This document shows, piece by piece, positions 51,595-61,623 of a DNA stretch of 64,000 nucleotides. The DNA is from a phage. The stretch lies in the sequence record PV805631.1; one strand, written 5' to 3'. A program made the translations under genes and the position numbers. Positions within the stretch are counted from its first letter, which is position 1. Each line of letters starts with the position of its first letter. Below the pieces are notes generated by a model. It was not told the DNA's origin, did no database searches, and saw nothing but the letters and a program-made list of their open reading frames with translations.

Positions 51595-52095
51595 CTATTC
51601 AAAAAGTTTACGGTCAGCCTGAATTTGCTTACCCAACTCAATTAGTTGGTTGTCACGGAGTCTAACAGTTGCCCGGAGTTCTTCAACCAAACGTCTGCCT
51701 TCTTCAAGACTGTTGTCGAGTCTGGCTGCATGGCTTGCAAGACTTCTGCACTCAAGGGTTCCGGCTTCGGCTTGACGTTTATATACCGATGCTCGTTTTT
51801 CAGACTGTTGCATCCGGCTGTCATAATCACTGCTAACGCGAGCAAGCTCGCTTGCGTAATTACTCTCAGCCGTCTGCAACCGGGAAGTGAGTAACCCGAC
51901 TTCATAACTATGGTTTCTTTGGAGAGCATTGTATTTGTCCTGTAGTTTTTGTGTTGCCTTCTGGTCTTCAACCTTTTGAGCATCCCACTTCTTTTGAACA
52001 GTAGACTGTCCGTTGGAATTGCCCCAAAAGTAAATGGTGGCCCCGAGGACCACCACCAGAAGATAAGGCCAACCTTTAGAGATTAGCATCTTCAT
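51595..52095 (-). CDS. i-spanin (Rz-like)
   Basis: N-terminal TM '[20 protein letters not shown]' then coiled-coil-like periplasmic region; lies just downstream of the endolysin gene. Confidence 0.55.
   Translation of the reverse strand: MKMLISKGWPYLLVVVLGATIYFWGNSNGQSTVQKKWDAQKVEDQKATQKLQDKYNALQRNHSYEVGLLTSRLQTAESNYASELARVSSDYDSRMQQSEKRASVYKRQAEAGTLECRSLASHAARLDNSLEEGRRLVEELRATVRLRDNQLIELGKQIQADRKLFE
51642..51905 (-). CDS. o-spanin (Rz1-like lipoprotein) embedded in another frame of the i-spanin gene
   Basis: '[32 protein letters not shown]' is a lipoprotein signal with lipobox, followed by a Pro-rich short mature region. Confidence 0.5.
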   Translation of the reverse strand: MKSGYSLPGCRRLRVITQASLLALAVIMTAGCNSLKNEHRYINVKPKPEPLSAEVLQAMQPDSTTVLKKADVWLKNSGQLLDSVTTN

Positions 52096-52711
52096 TACAT
52101 GCCTCCAGTGGTACATTACCGATTCGGTTAGCTACCCAACCATACGTAAAGTCTGGCATGTTCAATGAGGTGTAGTGGTTCAGTTGTTTAGCATCGAGTA
52201 ACTTAATCATTACCTGACATGCTGCAACTTTGCCTCGTTTTTTCTGCAATGCTTTATATGCATTAACAGTACCTGCACCGACTTTACCATCAACTTGTAT
52301 TTTAGGGTAGTCTTTGCCATCACGGGACATTTCATTAAGAGATTGCTGCAACCATTTAGCTGGTCTGGTTACACCGGTATTAACCCCAGCATCAACCAGT
52401 TTGTGTGTTATAGCAGGAGATATATCAGCGAAGGCTACGAAGTTAGGCTTAATAACGTAGTCATCAATGTATATCTCAGCAGCCATCTCTTTAGATAAAC
52501 CCTTCATGGAACCATCCCAACCATACTCAGTAGCCAGAACTTCTTTATGAGACTTAGCTACTGATTGGGTAATACCATGATTAGTTTCCCCACCTGGGTC
52601 ACGAGGATTGTTTACGTACCCTCCTTCCATATAGAACACTGCCCCCAGAATAGCAGCGACAACTCCTCCCACTACACCCCCTTTTGCAGCAAGTTTCTGT
52701 TTAGCTTTCAT
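52076..52711 (-). CDS. Endolysin, GH108-like N-acetylmuramidase with N-terminal signal-anchor-release (SAR) segment
   Basis: 'MEGGYVNNPRDPGGETNHGIT' matches the GH108 motif as recalled; N-terminal 'GGVVGGVVAAILGAVFY' is SAR-like. Confidence 0.7.
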   Translation of the reverse strand: MKAKQKLAAKGGVVGGVVAAILGAVFYMEGGYVNNPRDPGGETNHGITQSVAKSHKEVLATEYGWDGSMKGLSKEMAAEIYIDDYVIKPNFVAFADISPAITHKLVDAGVNTGVTRPAKWLQQSLNEMSRDGKDYPKIQVDGKVGAGTVNAYKALQKKRGKVAACQVMIKLLDAKQLNHYTSLNMPDFTYGWVANRIGNVPLEACNEDANL

Positions 52712-52961
52712 GAGAATCTTCCTTTGGATGGAATCGTATTAGTCTGCCCACAATGTTTAAGGCAAATAGTGCGATTGTAATACTGGAACCATGTGGAATA
52801 TCTTCAAGGATGTGACGAGGTAGTCCTGTTAGCATTGGTTGGATAATATCCACTGTAGAAAACAGAATTAATCCAAATGCACTAATCTGAACAGATGCCC
52901 ACTTCCAGGACTTCTTCCAGTTAGGAACTAGCCCTATTTTTCTTTTTAGCTTGCGAACCAT
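52701..52961 (-). CDS. Putative holin
   Basis: Two TM segments ('VQISAFGLILFSTVDII', 'SSITIALFALNIVGRLI'); immediately upstream of the endolysin; start taken at an internal Met. Confidence 0.45.
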   Translation of the reverse strand: MVRKLKRKIGLVPNWKKSWKWASVQISAFGLILFSTVDIIQPMLTGLPRHILEDIPHGSSITIALFALNIVGRLIRFHPKEDSHES

Positions 52962-53278
52962 GCGAATATCTCCCGTCTTGCAGCAGCCAATACACCAATA
53001 ATTGCACCTGCCCCAGCCCATACCCACTTACCAAAAATCCCAGCACCTGCAACCTTATGTTTGATGGTGATGAACTCTTCAATGGTAGGTTCGGACTTAG
53101 TGATGCTCTCCTCTACCCGTTTAAGTCGGGTACTGAGGTCACCCATAGACTCGCTTAGCTTTTTAATAGACTCTTCCATTTTCTCCCTATCCCTCGATTC
53201 ACGAGTTTGGTTTTCGAAAATGTTTCTCAGTCTCTCTTCAAGTCTGGCTAGAGTTACGTTATCTGGTTCATTTCCCAT
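52946..53278 (-). CDS. Tail-anchored membrane protein, possible lysis regulator
   Basis: Charged helical N-terminus, C-terminal TM 'WVWAGAGAIIGVLAAA'; first gene of the lysis cassette. Confidence 0.35.
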   Translation of the reverse strand: MGNEPDNVTLARLEERLRNIFENQTRESRDREKMEESIKKLSESMGDLSTRLKRVEESITKSEPTIEEFITIKHKVAGAGIFGKWVWAGAGAIIGVLAAARREIFAWFAS

Positions 53279-53482
53279 AGGGATTTTCTCAGGTTAGTTA
53301 AGTCGTAATTGACTAAAACAGTCTACCTAATGACTTGTTTTTGGTACAACAAAAACCCACCCCCCGCAACCTAGTTGGGCTGGTTAAAGCCTGAAATATG
53401 GAACAGCAGTCACCAAAACAACAAAGACCATACTTAGGGTTGAGACAACCATATGGGTGGCTATATGCGTATAATATTTTTA

Positions 53483-53506
53483 GGGAGCAAGTGTATACTT
53501 GCTCCC
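53483..53506. promoter_or_regulatory. Perfect 10-bp palindromic hairpin between tailspike and lysis genes
   Basis: GGGAGCAAGT-GTAT-ACTTGCTCCC; no U-tract on either strand. Confidence 0.4.
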
Positions 53507-53525
53507 CAGAGTTATCTCAGAGTCA

Positions 53526-56060
53526 TCAGAACACATAATCCAGTTGCGTAAGCTGCTTCAACTGAATCTGCACGGTACTATCCAGAGTTACTGCCGGAAC
53601 AGTTAAGCCAGAAACACCGATTGCAAAGTCCGCAATGAACCCGGTAGTAGGATTCTTTACTATATCCGCCCCAGTACCCCCAGAACCTGTACTTGCAAAC
53701 TGAGTCTGCTTAGTACCATAAGCATTCCCTGTACCCGCAATAACTAGTTGCCATACACCCCTGCCGAGCGTACCTGGAATACTCAAGCTACCTGAACCAG
53801 CAGCCCGAAATATCTTGGTATTCTCATAGAACATACACTCTTGCAACGTGCAGGTACTTCTCTGCCCGGTACTCACAACCTGATTACCCCGGAAGCTAAA
53901 GTTAGTCTGGTCATTCAGAACGAAGTCACACAGCTTAGCCTCTTGCACCCGCACGTTCATATCCAGAGTGTTGGCATGAGCAATCAGGGACTTAGGAATA
54001 CCTTGCACCTTATATCCAACAGCACGATAACTTAAATCCAGAGAGTTGTACTGCTTCACGGAGTTGCCAATCAGCTTAACCGTCTGTCCCCGATATACCT
54101 GGGATGCGCTAGCCCCAGCGTTAACTATAATAGCCTCGGTTGTGTTATTGACAGTCTGACACTTAAGTACAACCGTATTGTGACTGATATCGATATCCTG
54201 GTACACCTGGTATGAGCTATCCCCTGCTCCGGTCGATATAGCTACCCCATCAAAAGCTCTAAGCTCGCAATAGTTGTTGTGAATCTTAACAAAGGGGTTC
54301 GGATACGTCGCTGCCGTAGCCTCCCCGCCGCCACCTACATCGATGCTGCGAGTATACTTTCCACCTATAAGCAGTCCGGAAGTAGCACTAGCAGGAATAT
54401 CTCTGGAGCGCACATAGTTGTTGCTAACGATGAGGTTGTATGGTTCGTAGTTTGGATTCCAACCTGCCCCACATTTAGCATATATACCAACTACGCCGTG
54501 CTCAAGGCACATGTTCTCCGTGATGATTACCTGCCCACCACCGTGGAAGTCAATACACTTATGACGACAGTTCTTAATCTGGTTTTTAGCAACAACTACG
54601 TTCCTGATTCTTCGGTTACGCGCATGCGAAATACCGTACCCAGGGTCGTAGCTATCGTTCAGAACATCATCACCGTAAGGGTGTCCAATATTCTGGATAT
54701 CGTTGGACTCATAGTTTAGTCTGTAGCCGGACAGTACGTAGATACCTGCACTGTAGCAATCCTTGATGGTACAGCCCATAACCATAACACCGTCAGGTAC
54801 ATCCGTGTCATTCGTATAATCCGTGCTGCCGTAGGTAGTCGCAATGTTACGGATGCCTATACCAATGCCACCAAAGTTAAAACCGGATACGTGCGAGTTC
54901 AGAATAAGGATGCCACGGCAGCCGCGTTGCACCTTGATACCATTAGCCCAGCTTCCGATGTAACCGCCAAGGAAAGTCCCCCAGGTACTGCGCCACCCAT
55001 CCAACTGATTACCCGCGTCATCATAGTTAGGGAACTGTCCAGCTACACCAGCATAAGCACCAGACGTGTACGCACTGGAGTCAACGGAGTTATTAGGACC
55101 TGTAAACAGTGCTGTATCGTATCCGAAACGAGCCTCACCTTTCTCTGCATAACCAGTAGGCACATCTATAGCAGGGAACTTGTTAGGGCCACGCACAGTC
55201 AGCGATACAGTCACGTTCCGGCAATTTACAAGGGCAAGTCCGTCCAGCCCATGCGTATTCACAATTATAGTGCCGTTGGAGATACGAATACCTTCCTTAT
55301 TTACCAGTGCCAGACACGGACTGTAGTTACGTGTACCGTCGCTGAAGTCAGGCTCAGTAGGGTACGTAGAAGCCAATGCAGGATTTTTTCGAACTAAATA
55401 TGTCTTTCCACCTAAATCTATGTCGCCAGTAGCGGCGTCGAAACATGCCTGCACTGCCAACGTATCGTCGGCAACGCCATCACCAACCGCCCCCCATCCA
55501 CGTGGATCGCCATTATCACGCCAGCGAGCCATTTGTAGTTCGGGGTATTTTGTTGCACCTTCAGGGTCTGAAATCTGTCCTCGTAGTACCGCATCCCCAA
55601 CACTCACCCAAGCACCCAGACCAACGCCACCAGAAGTTTCGGGGGTTGAATCAGCAGGAACCTCTTTAGGCAATACACCATCCCATCGATACTTACCATC
55701 GGTAAAGACAACCAGTTCATTCTTGGTATTAACTGTTACACCAGTATCAAATGAACCAGGTAAGGTTACATACTCTTCACGAGCAACAGCCAGTGCACCT
55801 AAGTCCACACTACCAGCAGAGTGAACTAATACACCAGCAGGACTAAGGCTTATAGCAGTAACACCTGAACCAATGTTAGCAGGTAAGGAATAAGCACGCT
55901 GTGTCCCTTTGTCGTAGATGACTTTGTAACCACTTAGTACAGCACCCACTGAGAAGTAAACAACCTCAGATTGTTTAACCCCAAAGTGACGTGCTATTGC
56001 TTGTTTATTGGTTAGGATTCCTGTTGAACCCTTACCGCCTTGTGAGAACATTTCGTTCAT
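53526..56060 (-). CDS. Tailspike, right-handed beta-helix (pectate-lyase-like, possible depolymerase)
   Basis: 'WGAVGDGVADDTLAVQACFDAA...IDLGGKTYLV' is a pectate-lyase-3-type motif; many N-x-[ST]/Gly-rich beta-helix rungs. Confidence 0.65.
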   Translation of the reverse strand: MNEMFSQGGKGSTGILTNKQAIARHFGVKQSEVVYFSVGAVLSGYKVIYDKGTQRAYSLPANIGSGVTAISLSPAGVLVHSAGSVDLGALAVAREEYVTLPGSFDTGVTVNTKNELVVFTDGKYRWDGVLPKEVPADSTPETSGGVGLGAWVSVGDAVLRGQISDPEGATKYPELQMARWRDNGDPRGWGAVGDGVADDTLAVQACFDAATGDIDLGGKTYLVRKNPALASTYPTEPDFSDGTRNYSPCLALVNKEGIRISNGTIIVNTHGLDGLALVNCRNVTVSLTVRGPNKFPAIDVPTGYAEKGEARFGYDTALFTGPNNSVDSSAYTSGAYAGVAGQFPNYDDAGNQLDGWRSTWGTFLGGYIGSWANGIKVQRGCRGILILNSHVSGFNFGGIGIGIRNIATTYGSTDYTNDTDVPDGVMVMGCTIKDCYSAGIYVLSGYRLNYESNDIQNIGHPYGDDVLNDSYDPGYGISHARNRRIRNVVVAKNQIKNCRHKCIDFHGGGQVIITENMCLEHGVVGIYAKCGAGWNPNYEPYNLIVSNNYVRSRDIPASATSGLLIGGKYTRSIDVGGGGEATAATYPNPFVKIHNNYCELRAFDGVAISTGAGDSSYQVYQDIDISHNTVVLKCQTVNNTTEAIIVNAGASASQVYRGQTVKLIGNSVKQYNSLDLSYRAVGYKVQGIPKSLIAHANTLDMNVRVQEAKLCDFVLNDQTNFSFRGNQVVSTGQRSTCTLQECMFYENTKIFRAAGSGSLSIPGTLGRGVWQLVIAGTGNAYGTKQTQFASTGSGGTGADIVKNPTTGFIADFAIGVSGLTVPAVTLDSTVQIQLKQLTQLDYVF

Positions 56061-56107
56061 ATAAACCTCTTTGTTTTTCTAAGAAACCCCGCCGAAGCGG
56101 GGGTATT

Positions 56108-59100
56108 CTACCTGATAATGAACTTACCGAGGCTCATATCATTTATCAGAGTTGCAACTATGTTTGCCAGTTGGGTGGTTGTTAACGTGTTCACATCACC
56201 ACCACGCAACTGTCCGGCGTTTGTGAATGGGAACTGCTGAGGCTGAGCGCTATTGTAAAACTGGTTCCCCTCTTCATACCGAGAAGACGGCGTAGAAGTG
56301 TAAAGGATTCCTTTAGTAGTCGCAGGAACAGAACAATTCACGATGTTTACATGACCAGCGATGCCAACGCACTCGATAGGGCGATCAACAGTACCAAACG
56401 GTTGAACACCAACCAGGCGATGCACGTTCAAGCTCTGAGCTGCCTGCGCGTACAGATAAGAACTAGGCTGCCCGTTAACACCTCTGATGTTCCAGTTGTC
56501 TACTTCAATGTGTCGGGCATTATGAATCTGACAGATTGCTTGACCGTCTGCATCAGGAAATGCACCAACAATACGCACGTTCTTCATAGTGATATCGGAA
56601 GTAGCTGTTGCGTTCAACCCGCAGTTAATCATAACAGCTTTAGAACCAGATTGTGTGCAGTGGATTGTCAGCCCGTCGAATTCAATATCGCCTAGATTTA
56701 CTGTGTGAGAGGAGCCATCCTTACGCAAAAAGAATACAGCCCAATCTGTGTGTCCTGTTATTAAGATATTACTAAATCGCAGGCGTGTGCAGACTACCGG
56801 ATAATATCGACAGAGGATTGGCTGTGAACAATTCTTGATTGTGATGTTGTCATACGTGACATCACTGGAACCCTCAATCGCAATACCCGCATTACATGCT
56901 TCAATGTAAGCACCGGTCACACTTCCGTTGGTGAAGTTTGCGCGGATGCCATGCGATTCACAGTTCTTAATTGTTACGTTGCTAATGTTGACGCGAGTAA
57001 TTGCAGTACCATTACCACCACCAACGCCAGTAACCAAATCTTCAGACTGAAGACGCAAACCGTTACCGCCGGACCCATTAATACTAATATCATGAATCAT
57101 CACATTAAGCGTGCGACCGGGACGTGCTGAAGTCATAAACACAGAAGATGCCCATGTGTCTCTAGTACGGATATGATGTATATGTGCTTCTGTTGCGTTC
57201 CCAACAATAATCGCCATGCCCTGACGGTTGCTGCCGTCCGGCTGTTGGATTTCTCCCCGCCCACAATCGTGAGAATACAAGTTGTTTGCAAGCGCCCATC
57301 TTCCATAATCCATTGTTACGTTACTGTTCCATGCCCCCTGCAATTCACACCCAGAAAGCTCAAGCGTACCAGCAGATTGCATAGCCAACCCAACGCCAGG
57401 GTCAAATGACGCATCCTGTCGGTAGAAATCAAAAAGGAAGTTACCGACAATGCGGATGTCATAAGGGGTATAGTCATATTCATTGTTTGTATCATTCCAT
57501 GTTCTCGGTGAACGCAGCCAGAACTGACGTGAATCTACCGTCACTTTCGGTAATAGCGGTTTGAGGTGAATATCCCCCTGGATGGTGAATATACCCTCAA
57601 CTGTAACCGGTGAATAGCCAATGTAAATATTACCTGCCTTTGGTAGTAGGCGTGAAAGCTGCGCATCGTTCTGCGCAATCTTCCAGCCAGTGATCACTTC
57701 GTTGAAGAACGAAGCCGGATATAGCTCGTGAGCGCCGTTAATGACGGTCTGGTCGAAACTGGTGACTGTCACAGATGACGTAAGCGCGGAACCCAACATC
57801 ATCAGATTGCCACTCACCCTGACAAACAGTACTCCTGACGGAATAACATCACCGACAGACAACGAACGGTTATTTTCTGTTGGGAAGCACGAACCACCGT
57901 AAAAACCTGATGGTATGTTGGTGGTAAAACTATTGTATTCTACCCAGGCGTTTGCCGATACTCCGCCAGTATTTATCGGCGTAGAGTTAGCCCCCACTGT
58001 TTTTGGTAAGGTTCCACCCCAGGCGTAGCACTGACCAGCAGCAACATGCCATACGACATCTAATTTGCTAGTAACTGTTGCACCCTCCTCAAAACTACCA
58101 TCAACAAGCGTTAAGCCAGCCTCTGCAAGACTACGACGCCATAGTTCTCTGGTATTTCGCTGTTGGTAGGAATCCAGCAGAGTAACAGTAATATTTCCGG
58201 GGGAATAAGTTAACTGCCCATTGGAGACAGCGTTGATGTAAACATTAGTAGGTAGAGTGGGTAACCCATAAATGTGTTGTGTAACTACATCATAAATTAC
58301 CTTCTTACCATTAAGTACCTGAGTAGTATCCGTACTAAGGATTACTTCAGAATCTTTTACGTTAGCTGCACGAGCCACTTCCTGAATAGTGTGGTCTGTT
58401 ATTTCAAGTACCTTAGCTTCCCCGCCCAACTGAACAATAAGACGATCATTCGTAGCCAAGGGTTCAGTAAGAAGGATTCGGTTATTGTCTGAGTCAATCG
58501 TATAGGAGTTATTAGTTAACCCTTTATGGAAACGTAAACCATTCTTGTATACAGCAGGTACAGCCTGGAAAGTGAAAGGAATATCAATTACCTGCTCCCC
58601 ACCAACAGCAGCACCATGATTGTACAACCAGTTAATAGTTACCCAGTCGGATACGTTAGGGTTATCCGGTGTAGCAGGAACACCTGTACGCATAACAACA
58701 ACAAAGTCACCCTGCTCCAGTGGAGTAGTAAACTTAATCTCAAAAGCTACTGGGTCATACTCAAAATCGTAACCCTCAGTCTGCCAATCACCATTAACAA
58801 TCATAAATGGTGCACCAGCCGTTTCATCAGGGATACGAATGGTAGTCTCACCTCCATTAGCTGAACCAGAATTATAAATCCAGGGGATGTAGCCACCATC
58901 GTTAGATTTATCAGCACCAGTATCCGAACCGGTAGTAGCTACCTTAACCCACGAACCAGTTGCAGTAGTATCGTCTGGTAGGATACCGGTACGGTCACCC
59001 TCTACGTACAAGTAGTCAGTAACCTGACGGTCACCAGCAGGAGTCTTGTCATAGATACGAGCAAAGGAGGCCTTAGTAGTTAACGCCTTAAGCTCTGCCT

Positions 59101-59305
59101 CAGACTGTACACCTAGAACCATTCCATACTGGTTCAGGAAATCATAGATAAGTTTTAGGTTACCCAGGTTACAGTAGACAGTGCGAACCACATGGTAAGC
59201 ATTACCAAGTAGTGCATCTACCATTGGGTCGTTGGATTTATTCTGGCAGTAAGGATTGGACCAATCCTGATTTGCATCGAAGGGGGTATGTGCGTTCATC
59301 GCCAT
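56108..59305 (-). CDS. Second tailspike/tail fibre with beta-helix repeats
   Basis: 1065 aa; 'NISNVTIKNCESHGIRANFTNGSVTGAYIEACNAGIAIEGSSDVTYDNITIKNC' rungs; shares an 'LPKxVxAxSTPxxxGGV...AWV' module with the first tailspike. Confidence 0.6.
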   Translation of the reverse strand: MAMNAHTPFDANQDWSNPYCQNKSNDPMVDALLGNAYHVVRTVYCNLGNLKLIYDFLNQYGMVLGVQSEAELKALTTKASFARIYDKTPAGDRQVTDYLYVEGDRTGILPDDTTATGSWVKVATTGSDTGADKSNDGGYIPWIYNSGSANGGETTIRIPDETAGAPFMIVNGDWQTEGYDFEYDPVAFEIKFTTPLEQGDFVVVMRTGVPATPDNPNVSDWVTINWLYNHGAAVGGEQVIDIPFTFQAVPAVYKNGLRFHKGLTNNSYTIDSDNNRILLTEPLATNDRLIVQLGGEAKVLEITDHTIQEVARAANVKDSEVILSTDTTQVLNGKKVIYDVVTQHIYGLPTLPTNVYINAVSNGQLTYSPGNITVTLLDSYQQRNTRELWRRSLAEAGLTLVDGSFEEGATVTSKLDVVWHVAAGQCYAWGGTLPKTVGANSTPINTGGVSANAWVEYNSFTTNIPSGFYGGSCFPTENNRSLSVGDVIPSGVLFVRVSGNLMMLGSALTSSVTVTSFDQTVINGAHELYPASFFNEVITGWKIAQNDAQLSRLLPKAGNIYIGYSPVTVEGIFTIQGDIHLKPLLPKVTVDSRQFWLRSPRTWNDTNNEYDYTPYDIRIVGNFLFDFYRQDASFDPGVGLAMQSAGTLELSGCELQGAWNSNVTMDYGRWALANNLYSHDCGRGEIQQPDGSNRQGMAIIVGNATEAHIHHIRTRDTWASSVFMTSARPGRTLNVMIHDISINGSGGNGLRLQSEDLVTGVGGGNGTAITRVNISNVTIKNCESHGIRANFTNGSVTGAYIEACNAGIAIEGSSDVTYDNITIKNCSQPILCRYYPVVCTRLRFSNILITGHTDWAVFFLRKDGSSHTVNLGDIEFDGLTIHCTQSGSKAVMINCGLNATATSDITMKNVRIVGAFPDADGQAICQIHNARHIEVDNWNIRGVNGQPSSYLYAQAAQSLNVHRLVGVQPFGTVDRPIECVGIAGHVNIVNCSVPATTKGILYTSTPSSRYEEGNQFYNSAQPQQFPFTNAGQLRGGDVNTLTTTQLANIVATLINDMSLGKFIIR

Positions 59306-60006
59306 CCTCGTTGTTCAAATTTAGTTTCGGTAATTGAAATACTTCCATTAGCCAGGTCGTAATCAACAACCTCACCACAGATGCTTTCATACGTTTGCAG
59401 ATACTCTGCTGCTTTAGCGTTAGCTTCAGGTGTATTCAAACCAGTGTGGTAACGATAACCCACCCAGTTATGAAGTGCCGTCATTAGCGTATCAGCTAAA
59501 TCAACTTCCTGTTCTTCATCACCCGTAAGAACTGGGTGCTTAGCTTGATACGTTACGTTAAGTGCCTCGAAGTGTCGAGGTCGCATACACTGAATAGTAT
59601 CAGGCCGTGGGGTGAAAATAGCATGGGGGTCTGAGTCGTCGTTCAGTCTACGTCGATTCCCCGAGTTATCAAACACATTTAAGATTTTAATAACATCATC
59701 CTGGAAAGGTTTCATGAACCCATCCATGATGTACGGATATTGGACCTCAAGAGTAGGCTTAGTAAATTTGGAGTAAGCATATTTGGATTGAAGAGGATAA
59801 TCAGTACGCCCTTCCTTCATCTCCACAATGCAGCTATTTGTCTTAAGAGGGAAACGACTATGCAGTCGTACCAGTCCTTCATTAATAGCAGCCAGTATCT
59901 CCGGCTTACTATCTGGTTCAATATCTAGTCTGTCATCCGTGACTGCACCAGTACCTTTTAAGGTACTTAGTGCTAAGCCACGGTATACTTCCGATAATTT
60001 CTGCAT
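59296..60006 (-). CDS. Hypothetical virion/tail protein
   Basis: 236-aa ORF between terminase and tailspike genes. Confidence 0.45.
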   Translation of the reverse strand: MQKLSEVYRGLALSTLKGTGAVTDDRLDIEPDSKPEILAAINEGLVRLHSRFPLKTNSCIVEMKEGRTDYPLQSKYAYSKFTKPTLEVQYPYIMDGFMKPFQDDVIKILNVFDNSGNRRRLNDDSDPHAIFTPRPDTIQCMRPRHFEALNVTYQAKHPVLTGDEEQEVDLADTLMTALHNWVGYRYHTGLNTPEANAKAAEYLQTYESICGEVVDYDLANGSISITETKFEQRGWR

Positions 60007-60012
60007 GGTTCC

Positions 60013-61623
60013 TCACACAATGTATGAACGTAGTGGGTTAACACTATCTTCTTCTTCCTCATCCCACATTGGGTCACCCTTGTTATCCACCAAAGTCATA
60101 CCTGCTTGTGGTTTCCAAGGATTGAGATAACCCAGCATGGAGATAGTATCAATACAGTCATCCTTACCTTTAATCCCATTAATGGTAGCTAGTTTAATCT
60201 GGCCCATGAAAAGACCCATAATAGTTGTATCTCTCAACTCTTCCGGGAAGTACATCTTACCAGCTTTGAACCATGGAACTACCAGGTTAAAACGTGACAG
60301 TTTAGAGGTTACAGGACGGATGCCTGGCTTACCACCCTCAGAAGATGCAAAGTTAAAGAAGACATTACGGTTAATCATTTCTTTCTGAAGGAGTGATATG
60401 AATCCACCTTGCTGTCCTGTAATTTCGACACCAACGTTTTGTGGTTGGTATTCCTGAACCAGACGGAACAAGTCGTCAAAGTTTTTATCCATAAGCTGAC
60501 GATTAGCCACACCGTCAACCCAGAACCAATCTCCATTAGAACTGTAAGCCCAAACTGATATGACGCTGTAGTCACTGGTCTGTTTCTCCGAAGTAGCAAA
60601 GTCTGTTGTAATGTAATAGTTGTAGCAGGACTTCATCCTTAACAGTTGTTGCCTGCTGTACCACTTAATCTCACTATCCTGAACAAGACGTTCATCTTCA
60701 GAACTAATACGAAGCATAAGTTCCTGGTAGAAACCAGCCAGCTTACCGGTCTTAACTGCCATATCGTATTGGGCTTTGATATAGTCATACGAGAAACGGT
60801 CATCCCATGCACCCTGAAACTCTTCTCTACTACATGGGAACTTCTCGCACACAGGCCATACGTTGACATCCCATGCACCGGACTCAACTGCTTCAATGAT
60901 GATGTCTTCCTTATTAAAGGGAGTACCATTGAAGATTACCTTACGGCGTGTCGGGTCAAGAGCATGGTTTACGCCTTTATAGACGGTATCCTTGATGGCT
61001 TCCATGCTTGTCTTAGAGTTAGCATCACCATCACTAATCAGGTCATCCAGTACGCAAAGTGTTGGACGCTTACCATATATCTTCGTACCACGAAGACCTG
61101 TCTTAGCACCAAACAACTTAACACCCAGTCGATGACCTTCTGCATTACGGAATTCTAATAGGTTATCCGTAAAGATAGCTTCAGGTATCCACTGTTGGAG
61201 GAACTCACTATTCTTATATCGGAACTCAATGTTCTTACGTGCGGACTTAGCACCGTTATCCATTGAGTCGGATACGTAGATCATTCCTTCTACCTTACCT
61301 AAACTTGGTAAGTGTCCAAACACTGCCAAGAACAAAGTAAAGTATTCCATGAACACAGCAGTCTTACCTGCACCACGGAAGCACAGATTAACTACATACT
61401 GGTTCGGGGTAATCATCTTATCCAACATCTTCAGGTGAACTGGGGGTGTTTTGTTGGATTCACCTTCTTTGCCATTAACCAACTTAATAAAGTTGGCAAA
61501 GGTAAGAGCAAACTGACTAGGAACATAGTTAGAAGAATTAAGGTGGGAGTAGTCCACCTGGTCTAGCCATTCATCTAGTTCCTGCTTAATTAACTCAGAC
61601 ATCTGTAATGTCCTCATCTGCAC
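60013..61623 (-). CDS. Terminase large subunit
   Basis: Walker A-like 'FRGAGKTA', Walker B-like 'LCVLDDLISD', C-terminal nuclease-type 'YYITTDFATS...DYSVISVW'. Confidence 0.8.
   Translation of the reverse strand: MQMRTLQMSELIKQELDEWLDQVDYSHLNSSNYVPSQFALTFANFIKLVNGKEGESNKTPPVHLKMLDKMITPNQYVVNLCFRGAGKTAVFMEYFTLFLAVFGHLPSLGKVEGMIYVSDSMDNGAKSARKNIEFRYKNSEFLQQWIPEAIFTDNLLEFRNAEGHRLGVKLFGAKTGLRGTKIYGKRPTLCVLDDLISDGDANSKTSMEAIKDTVYKGVNHALDPTRRKVIFNGTPFNKEDIIIEAVESGAWDVNVWPVCEKFPCSREEFQGAWDDRFSYDYIKAQYDMAVKTGKLAGFYQELMLRISSEDERLVQDSEIKWYSRQQLLRMKSCYNYYITTDFATSEKQTSDYSVISVWAYSSNGDWFWVDGVANRQLMDKNFDDLFRLVQEYQPQNVGVEITGQQGGFISLLQKEMINRNVFFNFASSEGGKPGIRPVTSKLSRFNLVVPWFKAGKMYFPEELRDTTIMGLFMGQIKLATINGIKGKDDCIDTISMLGYLNPWKPQAGMTLVDNKGDPMWDEEEEDSVNPLRSYIV

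Noticed and set aside
53439-53479. Sigma70-like promoter (TTGAGA ... TATAAT) on the plus strand
   Set aside because: Spacer between the hexamers is about 24 nt, far from 17 +/- 1, and a plus-strand promoter here would only produce antisense RNA to the tailspike gene.
54279-55824. Plus-strand ORFs within the first tailspike gene (54279-54719, 54891-55397, 55420-55824)
   Set aside because: Antisense to a continuous 844-aa beta-helix protein ORF; products are Pro/Ser/Thr-rich low-complexity translations.
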